Below, in pieces: positions 25,587 to 38,069 of a stretch of 64,000 nucleotides of DNA. The DNA lies in the NCBI RefSeq assembly GCF_006345805.1, contig NC_043009.1, positions 26,536,001-26,600,000 on the forward strand, written 5' to 3'. Origin of the DNA: Octopus sinensis. Taxonomy: Eukaryota. Below the pieces are notes generated by a model. That model searched no databases, was not told where the DNA came from, and saw nothing but the letters and a program-made list of their open reading frames with translations. Numbering within the stretch: the first letter of the stretch is position 1; the number at the start of each line of letters is the position of its first letter. The position numbers and the translations under genes are program-made.

Positions 25587-25680
25587 TTATTGAACTAAAA
25601 TATTACAAAAGTACATGCCGGTCGCCCTCTATAAAATATATAGTGAAAATTATGACCTTAGAGATTTACACGTGGGTATA

Positions 25681-25918
25681 CAGTATAAATACCTCGACTA
25701 TCGCGAGTGTTACGTTCTGAAACGCCGCGCAATAGGTGAAAATTCGCGAAGTAGAAGCAGTGCTGTACAGTATATTAAAAAATTTTATTTTATAACTTGT
25801 ATATATTTATCTCTTATGATAGTTTTATTATAAATGCAAAACAACACCACGGAGGAATCGACGTAAGCTTAAATAATGAACCGCGATAAGTGAACCGTGA
25901 TATGGGGAGGGATGACTG
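25681..25918. mobile_element. Tigger/pogo-type MITE with TA TSD
   Basis: TA|CAGTATAAATACCTCGACTATCGCG ... GAGGGATGACTG|TA; reverse-complement homologue at 33587-34054. Confidence 0.8.
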
Positions 25919-26314
25919 TATATATATCTATATATATATATATATATATAATTGTTTTGTTCCGATGACTTATCGTTACTAAGAAGTAAACGTAGGATAT
26001 AGTATGAACTTGTAAAGTAAGCATTGAAGTGTCGTTACTCTCTGCATTTCATAGCGAATTTTCGGTCTTGCAAAATCGTCTTGCCGTATAAGTCGACCAT
26101 TTCTTTTTTCTTTTTACCTTTTTCTGTAAATTTTGGCTTGAAAAATTCAATGAAGTTGAACTATAAACAGAATTTTAGTTCGTGCTTGGTTGTAACTCTC
26201 TGGTTTCAATGACTGCCTGAAATACTTTGTGACGTTGACATAGAGAAAACCCAATTGACATCACAGTTCTATATTTAAGAAATTATGTACATTATTTACA
26301 TTTGCCGGATTTTT

Positions 26315-26360
26315 AACACAACGTTTCGGCTGATATACCCTCCAGCCTTCATCAGGTGTC
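26315..26360 (-). ncRNA. Minimal type I hammerhead ribozyme motif (Penelope-type)
   Basis: gacac CUGAUGA a ggcug[gaggguauau]cagcc GAA ACGU U guguu: complete core, stems I and II pair, palindromic AACGUU stem III. Confidence 0.8.
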
Positions 26361-26432
26361 TTGGGGAAATTTCGATAAGGTATTTTTTAAGTTGTTGTTG
26401 TTATTGTTGCTATTATTATTATTATTATTATT

Positions 26433-27255
26433 CTATGTTTGACTTTTGCTTTATATGTGTACAAGTTGGCTCCAAGTCTCACCCAGAGACCTCAAGAGAC
26501 AAACAGGGTTGGAAGAGGTTCATGTTGTGTTTATGCCTAGTGTGCCATGATATTTGGGGGGTGGGGATGGTGTACTAATGAATGTCAAAAAAAAAAAAAG
26601 TTTTTTTTTTTTTTTTTTTTTAAACCGAAAATTATGTTTGTTTTAAAACCTTGAGGTTACATAGAGAGTATTTTGCGTAGGATATGAGCAGGCAGTTTCC
26701 ATGAGCACTATCTTTTGAACTTCTGCCATTTTTGGGTTTCCTGGTATCTGAGTTAGGTAGCTATCAAGCCCTTTTGCTATCATTCCCAGGGCACCTATGA
26801 CAACAGGTATTGTTTTAGTCTTCAGCTTCCACATTTTGCTGATTTCTATTTCAAGATCTTTATATTTGCTCAGTTGTTGGTAGTCCTGACAGATACGTTT
26901 ATATCGATTGGGACAGTCATATCAATGAGGAGGCATGTTCTTTGTTTGAATTGTCTTTCAATATGATTTGTCTGGCCTATTTGCATCTATTTCTTGTCAG
27001 TTTGAATGTTGTTGAAGTTCCAGAGTGGAGTGAGATGTGGTCATTTTCAAGCAATGGGGGTGGTTTGTGTTCCCACCAGTTTTTTTCATGGGGCAAATCC
27101 AGGTTTTTACCAGATTACCCAGTGAATATATTGTGCAGCTCTATCGTGCCTGTTGAGATACTCTGTAGGCGCTAGAAGACTGCACTTGGAGACCACATGG
27201 TCAATGGTTTCATTTTGTTGCTTGCATACACGACACGTTGGACTGCTTCTGATCT
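26433..27255 (-). mobile_element. R4/Dong-like RLE non-LTR retrotransposon 3' fragment in (TAA)n
   Basis: CRVCKQQNETIDHVVSKC zinc motif, RHD, RPD, LLIDMTVP, KYKDLEIEISKMWKLKTKTIPVVIGALG (with frameshifts); (TTA)n on both flanks. Confidence 0.88.
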
Positions 27256-27271
27256 TTATTATTATTATTAT

Positions 27272-27333
<62 letters not shown>

Positions 27334-27685
27334 TCGTTCTTACTTCAAATTTTCTTCCGTTTTTCGCCGGGTGATTTCTGTACACCTAGGGCAGAACAGC
27401 ACATTGCATGCATTCCCAGATTACACACGCAAATTCACAGGTAAATATGTATTTAAAAAAAATTAATAAATAAATAAATTCATGAATGGATGTTGTTTTC
27501 ACAGCGATAATGCTCTTCTCAGTACATGAGTCGTTCCAGTTAACACAATTTTTTGCACTTCCTGTAGGGATGGTAAGCCTGGTATCATTTTCAAATAGGT
27601 TTCAGTACTTTTTTTTATCATTCCTAGAGATCCTACAATCACTGGTACTGTAGTCGCCTTGAGATACCACATTTTTCAATTTCTA
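27334..27685 (-). mobile_element. Second, divergent R4/Dong-like 3' fragment in (TAA)n
   Basis: MWYLKATTVPVIVGSLGMIKKSTETYLKMIPGLPSLQEVQKIVLTGTTHVLRRALSL*; flanked by (TTA)n. Confidence 0.85.
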
Positions 27686-27703
27686 TTATTATTATTCCTA
27701 TTA

Positions 27704-27757
<54 letters not shown>

Positions 27758-28130
27758 TATTATTGTTGTTGTTATTATCAATATCTCCGTCAAATGTATA
27801 TCATGTAAATAATGCAAATTGACATTGTTTAGAAAAATCATCAATGTATCGTATTTAATCCATACACTTTGTAGACAGAACAATTATTGCAATATTTGTC
27901 CTGAAATTACATCTCTTACGGATTTGCTATGCTAAAAACGCAAAAATATCAAAGAGAGTGAACGACGAAAATTCCCAGCATCGAGCAATTAGAGCGCCAA
28001 ATGTATTGCGGTTATTTGCGATCTTTTCAATGATGCATATTCGCAGCTAGTCATATGCTCGGGCGGGAATTCATCGTCTCTGATACAAGGAAAATGTAAT
28101 GTAGCGAATTGCCACCTGACTGAATAAAAT

Positions 28131-28532
28131 CCGGTATACACAGTTAAAGCAGTTTTTAATTAAAATAACCATTTATTTATCATACTCAATCTATATACAC
28201 TGTTGATAGGCCAGTTACTGCAGTATTTGTCATGAGTTAACATTTCTTATGAATGTGCTGTGTTAAAAACATAATAAATATCAAAGGGAGGCGAAAGTTG
28301 ATTCCACTGAGAACGCTAAATGCATTTCCGCTTTGCCAGAGAAACTGAATAAAACATTAACTGATGCTGCGTATAGCCGCATAACTGAATAAAATTCGTG
28401 CAGTACGTCCATATAAGAAATGTTATCTCAGGACAAATACAGCAGTAACTGGCCTATCGACAGTGTATATACATTGAGTACGATACACCAAAAGCTATTT
28501 TAATTTAATATTGCCACAATTGCGTATACCGG
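28131..28532. mobile_element. Foldback/MITE with ~130-bp terminal inverted repeats
   Basis: tactcaatctatatacactgttgataggccagttactgcagtatttgtcatgagttaacatttcttat is inverted at ~28413-28480; ends ccggtatac / gtataccgg. Confidence 0.78.
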
Positions 28533-28771
28533 GTGACATTCCTTGATTATGATGGAAACCCAAACGGTCTTTCTAGCAGCCTCCAGCTTAACCTGATTAC
28601 GAGAGGCATGCAGGTTATCATCTTTTTAACGATGTACCGTAGATTCATTGTGGGATTGAAACGACTTAAGACACACGTGTGGTAATTAACAAACCAAGTC
28701 GTGATTGTTTTGGTACTGTGTGAGGATTTCAATCCTTGTTAGTTCCATACTACCAAACAGTCGGTTTGTTT

Positions 28772-28900
28772 GGCTAATGGAAAGACAGAGCGTTCAGTCA
28801 ACATTTTAGTAGGTCACTAAATTTGACCGTGATCCTGAGCAAACTGGGTGGCCCCAACACTTGCATATAACATCACATCCCAAACCATCATTGGCTTCGG
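28772..28900 (+). pseudogene. Possible highly decayed LTR-retrotransposon integrase fragment
   Basis: ANGKTERSVNIL..LAYNITSQTIIGF resembles the integrase motifs SNGxxER and AYNxTxHxxTGF; contains stops. Confidence 0.3.
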
Positions 28901-29475
28901 GAACTTGAGGTTTCATACCTTTCCGGCTTTCCTCCAAATTCTACAACCCAAGCTGCTTGTAATAGAAACCAAATCACACCAACCTTGGAACAAAATAAAA
29001 AACAAACAAAAAAAAACAAAAAAAGACACGATACATAATATTGACCTGGATATATAAAACGATTGGATGACCACGACTGGAACGTCTTTTACTGCTCGAA
29101 AGACTTGGAACTAAACAATTAAATCATCATCATCACTATTATCATCGTCACCATCATAAACTTTTCTCCTCCTCCCCTTCCTGTACTTTATCCCCCCCCT
29201 CGGATATTTTTCTTCTGTTTTATCGACTAAACCTTTCCTTACTCACTCCTCCTATAATTTCCCCCCATTCACCTCCACACACAACCCTCCTTTCCCTTCT
29301 ACTCCCACTCCACACTCTCCCTCACTACTGCGTCTCTCCTCTTCCCTATACACCTTAGCAACTGAGGCGTGTTTTTATACCTTTCTTCATTCTTTCTCAG
29401 TATTCCTCTCACAGACTTTACCTATCAATCTATCTATCTATCTATCTATCCTATATATCTATCTATCCATATCCA

Positions 29476-29571
<96 letters not shown>

Positions 29572-29871
29572 CCTCTGTCTCTGTCTCTTCTTCTTTGGCC
29601 TTCTACCAAGTTAGCTTGGAATGAGGCGAGTCGTCATTTCTAGAAAACTTTTCCGCTGCCGCTTTCGTCGCAACCGCCATTGTCGATCCGCTTTCTTCCT
29701 TTTTATGGCCACCATGTGTGAAATTATTCTCAGACAATTATTCCGAGGTAAATGTTGTGGATTAATTCACACGAATTAGTGGCCACTGGTCAATTTCCAC
29801 GACTTCAATCAATTCTTTGTTTGGCATCCAGCCCGTTTTTAGCAATATTACATACATACATACATACATAT

Positions 29872-29929
<58 letters not shown>

Positions 29930-30729
29930 TATATATATATATATCCAGCCCGTTTTTAGTGATATGATTACATACAAACACACACACCACACATACATAT
30001 ATATATGTATGTATGTATGTACGTGTATATATATTATATATATATATATATATATACTATAACACACACACAGAGAAAGAGAGAGAGAGATGTTGTGTGC
30101 ATATGTATGAATATAAATATATGTTTTATGATGAATGAATGTGCATATATTAAATATATGTTGTATATACATATATATTATATATATATATATATATAGA
30201 TATAATAATAATATTAGGGAATAAAATCCAAACTTACAGGGAAAAATTATATTTATGGTTAAATCCAATTTTATAGTATATATATTATTATATTATATTA
30301 TATTAAATAAGAGATAAAACCACTATTAGGCAAATCAAACAGTGAAAAACATAAACCAATACATAAAATTAATTTAAAAATATAAAGTTAAAAATTAAAA
30401 AGTATTTAAATAATTTAAACTTATAGATTTTAAATATTATATATACAAATATATATATATATATAATATATATATTATATATATATATCTATATTATATA
30501 ATATATATATATATATATATATGTAAAGTATATTTTATATTATATATATTTTATTTATTAATTTATTTATGTATTAATTTTTTTTATATATAAATATCAA
30601 AAGTATTATAAGTTTGATAAACTTTTAATACTTTTGATATTTATATATAAAAAATACATAATAAATTAAACAAATTAATAAATAATACATAAATAAATTA
30701 ATAAACAAAATAATATATAAATATAAAAA

Positions 30730-30797
<68 letters not shown>

Positions 30798-31350
30798 TGT
30801 GTGTGTGTTGTGTATGTATGTACATACATGCATATATGTGTACATACATATACACATACATACATAATACATACATACATACATACACACACACATACAT
30901 ACATGTATGTGTGTGTGTGTGTGTGTGCAATAGATATATGCGTAAATCTAAAGAACTTAAAAATAAATTTAAATATTACAAAGTCTTGCCGTGAATGAAC
31001 TAAGCATATATATGATATAATCCGTTAATACCAATACATTTCATACCCTACAAATTGTTTCAATCCCAAAGCTCGTCATATAAACAATTAGTTCATTGAA
31101 ACGTCCGTGTTGTTAGTTTGATGAGTTTATGGTGAAGGCCTCTGAGTTAAAAGTTGTAAGGGGTACAATGTATTATAAATGTTTATTGCTGTGGAGGTTA
31201 GAAAGACTTCAAATATTTTAATTTGTTTCCTCTCTCCCCCTTTCTCGCCCTCTCTTTTTTTTGTCTATCTCTCTTCTTTTGTAAATAATGTTTTCCAGAA
31301 CTCAACAGAATACATGCCAATATCTCTCCACCTCACTGAAAGTGCTTAAC

Positions 31351-31386
<36 letters not shown>

Positions 31387-31419
31387 GTAGTAGTAGCAGT
31401 AGCTGCAGCAGCAGCAGCA

Positions 31420-31795
31420 GTGGAGGCGCAATGGCCCAGTGGTTAGGGCAGCTGACTCGCGATCGTAGGATCGCAGTTTCGATTCCCAGACCGAGCCTTG
31501 TGTGTGTTTATTGAGCGAAAACACCTAAAGCTCCACGAGACTCCGGCAGGGGGTGGTGGCGATCCCTGTTGTACTCTTTCATTCCAACTTTCTCTCACTC
31601 TTTTTCCTGTTTCTTGTCCCCGACTTTCTACGCAACCGCTGAGCCTGGATGCGCATTCATCCATCCGTCGATGTTCTCGGTGTCGGGGGTTTCTCTTTCT
31701 GCTTTCTCTTCTGCGGGTCTTACGAGTAGCAAAGGACTACGTTTCGGACTTCTCCCACTACAGGACGAAGACCGCTTCGCTCAACGAACAAACAA
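31420..31795 (+). mobile_element. tRNA-derived SINE family C (3' module 2)
   Basis: Head gtggaggcgcaatggcccagtggttagggcagctgactcgcgatcgtaggatcgcagtttcgattcc; 3' part unrelated to the other two copies. Confidence 0.85.
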
Positions 31796-32279
31796 AGCAG
31801 CAGCAGCATAGGGACAGGTGCTTCAACATCTCCCATTTTGGGGTGATTCTCAACTACTGGCGGATGACACTATTGCACCACTCAGGTAGCAACCCTCCAG
31901 GAGCCCATGGGTCTGCTTGAGTAATCATTGCTAGTGAGAATTTTACGAGGTCAGAGGGCGAATCCTACACCGATATCTTTTAGTCGCCTTTTACAACACA
32001 TAGAGAGGAAATGTTGAGACTTTTCTTTGGCATGCTTGTCTTCACACAGCACGAGAACAACCGAAAATGAAGTGTTGTGCTCAAGAACACAATACACAGC
32101 CCGCTATGGAAATCGAACCGACTCTCACTACAAGGCCACGCGCCTTCACATATGCGTATGTAGAGGTCCAACTAACAGTAATAAACATTTAAAAATCATT
32201 TGTTTCTACGTGTTTAAAGGAAACAACATGGACAGAACAAACATCTTATACACCATATAAAGATTATACTGTTTTACCC

Positions 32280-32480
32280 TTTTACTTGTTTCAGTCATTT
32301 GACTGCGGCTATGCTGGAGCACCACCTTTACTCCAATAAATCGACCCCATGACTTATTCTTTGTAAGCCTATTGCCTATTTTATCGGTCTCTTTTGGCCG
32401 AACCGCTAGGTTACGGAGACGTAAACACATCAACATCGGTTGTCAAGCGATGGTGGGAGGACGAACGCAGACACAAACAA
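32280..32480 (-). mobile_element. SINE family A 3' half
   Basis: ttttacttgtttcagtcatttgactgcggctatgctggagcacc..ttgtcaagcgatgg. Confidence 0.8.
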
Positions 32481-32512
32481 CAAACATATGCATACATAAA
32501 TGTATATTAATT

Positions 32513-33219
32513 GGAGCGTAACTCATTAGACGCACATGCTTCTAGTGAGTTAGGATCCCAAAGAAAAACAGGGTCTCACTGAAGAATTCTCCCTGGGCAA
32601 ATAAATATCTTGTTTGCTGAATAGAAAGAAAAAGAAACTGCAGTCTGAGAATTTTCCGGTTTAGTAAATGTTTTTATCTTCATTTCACTTAATTTATCAA
32701 AGCTTTTGTATTCATAGCACATATTTCGCCTTAATGTACTGATATATGAAAAACTATATGGTTTGTGTTAGTAATACCAGCGATTATAATTATTTTTATT
32801 TTATCGCAATTTGATTTGTTTACATATTTCTCGATAAATTATGAGCGCCAGGCGATATACCAGAATCCCTAGTGTTGTCGGGAACGTTCGGAGTCCTTGC
32901 GCAGTGATATGATTAGTTAGGAGAGTAACATTAGACGCACATGCTTCTAGTGAGTTAGGATCCCAGAAAAACAGGGTCTCACTGAAGAATTCTCCCGGCA
33001 AATTAAATTATCTTGTTGCTGAATAGAAAGAAACTGCAGTCTGAGAATTTTCCGGTTTTTTAGTAAATGTTTTTATCTTCATTTCACTTAATTTATCAAG
33101 CTTTTGTATTCCTAGCACATATTTCGCCTTAATGTACTGATATATGAAAAAATATATGGCTTGTGTTAGTAATACCAGCGATTATAATTATTTTTATTTT
33201 ATCGCAATTTGATTTGTTT
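32513..33219. repeat. Near-identical ~300-bp direct duplication (period ~405 bp)
   Basis: 32513-32822 versus 32920-33219; differences are mostly small indels. Confidence 0.9.
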
Positions 33220-33271
33220 ATATATAGATATATATATATATATATATACTATATATATATTATAATATACA

Positions 33272-33326
<55 letters not shown>

Positions 33327-33403
33327 CAATAAGAAATGGAGGGGATCATATCCCTGGTTGGATTCAAACCTCTAACTTTCTGGAATATATATATATATAT
33401 ATA

Positions 33404-33560
33404 CACGACGGGCTTCTTTCGATTTCCGTCTACCAAATCCGCATACAATGCTTTGGTCGGCCCGAGGCTATAGTAGAAGATACTTGCCCAAGGCGGGACT
33501 GAACCCGGAAACATGTGGTTGGGAAGCAAGCTTTTTACCACACAGCCACTCCTGCACCTA
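33404..33560 (-). mobile_element. SINE family A 5' half
   Basis: acgacgggcttctttc..cttgcccaagg..accacacagccactcctgc. Confidence 0.8.
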
Positions 33561-33586
33561 TATGTGTACAAATATTTCTAGATATA

Positions 33587-34054
33587 CAGTAATCCCTCGC
33601 CATATCGCAGTTCACCTATCGCGGTTTATCATTTAATATTACGTCGATTCCTCTGTGAAGTTGTTTTGCATTTATAATAAAATAAAATATATACAAATTA
33701 TAAAAATGATAAAAACAAAATATACAGCACTATTTCTTCTTCGCGGATTTTTATCTGTTCCTTATTACCCTCAAGGGGCTAAACATAGAGAGGATGAACA
33801 AGGACAGACCAAGGGATTAAGTCGATTACATCGACCCTAATGCGTAACTGGTACTTAATTTATCGACCCCGAAAGGATGAAAGGCAAAGTCGACCTCGGC
33901 GGAATTTGAACTCAGAACGTAACGGCAAACGAAATACGGCTACGCATTTCGCCCGGCGTGCTAACGGTTCTGCCAGCTCGCCACCTATTCCCGGATTTTT
34001 ATCTTTCCCGGGGTATTTTTGAACTTAACACTCGCAATAGTCGAGGGATTACCG
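33587..34054. mobile_element. Tigger/pogo-type MITE interrupted by a family B SINE
   Basis: TA|CAGTAATCCCTCG ... CGAGGGATTACCG|TA; SINE at 33757-33987(-) flanked by a 17-bp TSD. Confidence 0.85.
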
Positions 34055-34450
34055 TATTCGCGTTTTCCATCTTTGAATGGATGAAAAACACCTGTGACCT
34101 AGGTGAGACTTGAATTCATAAATTAATTAAACGAGGTAACGAAATGCACTGCCGTACATTAGGGCAAGCACTCTACCGCTTCGGCTATATATATAGGGTA
34201 TTTGAAGTATGTTTGTCTAGTCATGCTTCATGGACGTAATCTAAGGGTAAATGTAGGTATGCGTGTATGCTGCATGGGTGGCATGTGTCTGTGTGTGAGT
34301 ACGTATGCGCTTGCGTATGTAAATATATGCATGTGTATTGCTTGTATACGTGCACGTGTTAAAAGGTATGTGTGTGTGTGAATGTGTGCATGAATGCTCA
34401 GATCCTGATGTGTATGGCTATGTATATGCGTGTGTGTTGCATTTGCTGTA

Positions 34451-34481
<31 letters not shown>

Positions 34482-35865
34482 ACATGCGTTGGGGCTTTTG
34501 AGCATCTCTCTGTGTGTGTATGTGTGTGTATACGCATGTGCTGCATGAATATATATGTCTGCATGAGTCGGGGTTTATGTATGTATGTATGTGCATATGT
34601 GCATATATGTACACATGTTGGAATGTATGTGTCAACATGTGTGCACAATCACGTTCATTGCATGCGTGTGGATATACGCAATAAAAGTACATGTTTATAT
34701 ATGTATGTTAATATAGACATTGCATTAAGTATGTGTGTTTGAGCGCGCAGGTGTTTGAGTATATATGTATATAATTGTGCATGTATGCATGTGTGTGTGA
34801 ATGTGTAAAAGTTTAACTGTGTAGACGTGAGTGTGTGTGTGCGTGTGTATTGTATGTGTCTGCATGTTAATGCGTATTACACTATGAACACACCTGTGCT
34901 TGTGTATCTGAGTGCGTGTACGCATGGATCTGACTGAGCGTATATGCGAATGCGTGCGTGTTTGTGTGTGTGTGTGTGTGCGTGTGTGTGCGTATGTGTG
35001 CGTATGTGTGTGTGTGCGCATATGTTATTACTTGTGTGAATGTGGTTGCATGCATCTACTTTAATGTATATGTATATATGTGACCGCGTGTGCGATACTG
35101 TATGGAGGGGGGATGGGTGGGTAAGAGTAAGAGGTAGCGGATAGATGGAGGGAGAGGAGGAGGAGGTAGCTGGGAAGGAGGGGCAGCAGGGGGGAATGAG
35201 GTCTAGGGATAGGAGGGGGTGTTGTAACGAGTCATCACTTCAAGTTTCCGATCGGTTAAGCGTGAATGGATGGAATGGTGGCGGTGGTGGCGAGAGTGGG
35301 GGAGGGAGGAGGAGAGGACGATGGGAAATTTTGGTTTGAGCAGAGGGGGGGGGGGGGTGTTCAGAGCAATAATAACATAGGAAAGGAGAGGGGAGTCGTC
35401 GTTGGTTTTGTTTTAATTTTTCTTTACTTTTGTTTCGTTTATTTGTTTTTTTTTAGGGATTCAGGAAGGGATCGGTTTGGAGATTGATTGAATAAGGGTG
35501 GGAGGAGTGGAATAAGGGAAAAGGGAAGCGAGGGGTAAAGTAGAGAAAGGAAGAAGGAAAAAAGTTACTAAAAGAGAAAGAGAGAGAGAGAGAGGAGAAA
35601 AGGTGAAGATGGAAAAGAGTGAGAATCTGTGATTAGGGGAGATTACAGAGAGTAAAAGGAGAGAAGGAAGAGAAAGAGAGAGAGAAAGAGAGAGAGGGAA
35701 AGGGAGAAACTAAGAGAGCGGAAAGCAAACAAATTAAAGGACAGATAGACGGTCTAAATAGATATAGATAGAAAGAGAGAGAGAGAGAGGTAAATAGATA
35801 GACAGACAGAGACAGAGAAACAGGTTGCTAGATAGATAGATGAATATAAGAAATATGTAAATAGT

Positions 35866-35986
<121 letters not shown>

Positions 35987-35989
35987 TGA

Positions 35990-36262
35990 TGAAATACAAA
36001 AAGGGACAAGAACGCAAAACATCCGGACAACTAGGTGATACAAAAAGGGACAACAAAACATCTAGATCGACGATACAAGAAAACAAGGACGGGTCATTCG
36101 AAGCTTCCTATCCTCAGTCAAGAACCGGATTATCCTCGCAATTTCGGCTGATTAATCTCGAGACTGCTCCAATCTGGCCAGCTCCAAGGAAAAACTAAGC
36201 TAAAAACATTAGATTCCTTGGAAGAAAGCACTGAATGTATACGAAAACAAGGACGGAAAAAT
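35990..36262. repeat. Interspersed repeat, probable non-autonomous Penelope-like family
   Basis: Homologous to 43160-43360 and 43850-43965 (gggacaagaacgcaaaacatcc..; gattccttggaagaaagca). The Penelope assignment is inference. Confidence 0.55.
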
Positions 36263-36274
36263 ACACACACACCC

Positions 36275-36310
<36 letters not shown>

Positions 36311-36318
36311 ATTAATAT

Positions 36319-36460
36319 TTATCGTCAAGCTAACATGGCAGTCCAGGAAAATAGGACGAATGCTACCGTTGATTAGTTCCAAGAGGCGATGGCTCCTTGG
36401 AGCTAATCAACGGTAGCATTCGTCCTACTTTCTTGGACTGCTATGTTAGCTTGGCGATAA
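36319..36460. repeat. 65-bp inverted repeat with 12-nt loop
   Basis: 36319-36383 versus 36396-36460, 60/65 Watson-Crick complementary with no gaps. Confidence 0.95.
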
Positions 36461-36511
36461 CTATAAATATCAGTACCGCTGCCGTAACTCCTTTAGAGAG
36501 ATTTAGAAATA

Positions 36512-36567
<56 letters not shown>

Positions 36568-36842
36568 AATTATATATATATATATATATATAATATATAT
36601 ATATATATCTAGTATACAAGATAAGAAATGGAGAAATACATCTAAATCAAATATCAATTACCAGATAATACTCAATCACACTTTATTAAACCACCACATA
36701 AGAGACTGTAGGGTTAAACATAAAAAAGCAGAACAAATCAGTGTACATAAAGGAATGTACATAAAAAAGTGTACATAAAAGAGTAATGTTGTATAATAAG
36801 TAGAATATATATAAAAAAGAGAATATAAATATAAGTATAGAT

Positions 36843-36975
36843 TACATCTTACAGCTGTTTCGGCCATGTAGATAAGTATGTCTCATTTTACTAATATTAG
36901 CCTTTTATGATAGGTCAATATATAGGTATAAATGAGACATTTACAAAAATATCATAAGGCCTCTTCGGAGATATA
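36843..36975 (-). ncRNA. Type I hammerhead-like motif with ~100-nt stem II insertion and U4C core variant
   Basis: uauaucu CCGAAGA ggcc[~95 nt]ggcc GAAA cagcug UA agaugua; 7-bp stem I. Confidence 0.62.
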
Positions 36976-37139
36976 CATATACATATGAGTGCATATACTC
37001 ACACTCCTATACATATAAAAATATACATATACATAATAATGTAAATAAATAATATAAATTAGTAAACATATATATGTTCCATATTCAATGTTTCAGTTTT
37101 TCAACTTAATATTGTGGTAATAAACATACACATATTAGT

Positions 37140-37338
37140 ACCTAGATGCTGGCTTTGTGTAAAATACAGGAGTATCTGTTAATAATGGGTTTATTCAACA
37201 CATTCCCCTCTCAGATTGACACACATTGCAGCGGTCCTTCAGTTTTTCTAAGCCCTCTAAAAGAACTCGGAAGGTTGGGCCTCCAACCAGGCCTCTCGCA
37301 ATAACCTTAAAGCTAGAAAATGTTCAACATCCTCTCGT
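37140..37338 (-). mobile_element. Mariner-derived MITE
   Basis: TACGAGAGGATGTTGAA terminus followed directly by a transposase C-terminus (LEGLEKLKDRCN..NLRGECVE*). Confidence 0.65.
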
Positions 37339-38069
37339 ATATGTATATGTGTGTGTTGCTTGTGTGTGTGTGTTGTGTCTGTCTGTGTGTGTGTGTGTTT
37401 GTGTGTGCGTGCGTGTGTGTGTGTATAAAATACAAGTTAAAAGGTAAATCAAACACTCTGGTCAGATCTTTATAGACGGAATGTTGTTTGTTATTTAATA
37501 TATTACTTACGGAGTCGCAGCATATTAATCATCACACACACACACACACACGCGCGCGCATAAATATATATATATGTGGTGGAGGGGTTGTATATATGTA
37601 TGTATATATGAATGTATCACTATGCATGTATGTGTATATGTGTATGTGTATGTACGTATGTATATATGTATGCATGCATGTATGTATGTATGTATGTATG
37701 TGTGTGTATGTATGTGTGTGCGTATGTATGTATGTATTATGTATGTATGTATGTATATACGTATGTATGCGCATATGTGAGTGTAAAGCATGAGCAATTT
37801 TACAGAAAGTAAACAAGTACAACAAGTACAACAGAGCAACAAAATGATAAAATGATGGGAATAAACACAAATGTTGTATCCGACGTTTATAAACTAACAG
37901 TAAAAACAACAACGTTAATGATAAACTATAGATTTACGAAGCATACGATCTAACGATAGGAATCGTTTAGAAAAAACATTTAAATACGTAAAGCAAAGCC
38001 CCGATACTTGCTTGCAAATATGCAGAAAACATTATTATGGATTGCATATGCACGTGCATACATATTAAT

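Noticed and set aside
31045-31170. GAAAcaauuugUAgggua half-hammerhead on the minus strand
   Set aside because: No CUGANGA box at the expected position.
31420-31495. tRNA-like sequences at 31420, 60437 and 7955-8029
   Set aside because: A and B boxes are present, but the acceptor stem is not convincing, the anticodon arms differ between copies, and they continue into a shared SINE body.
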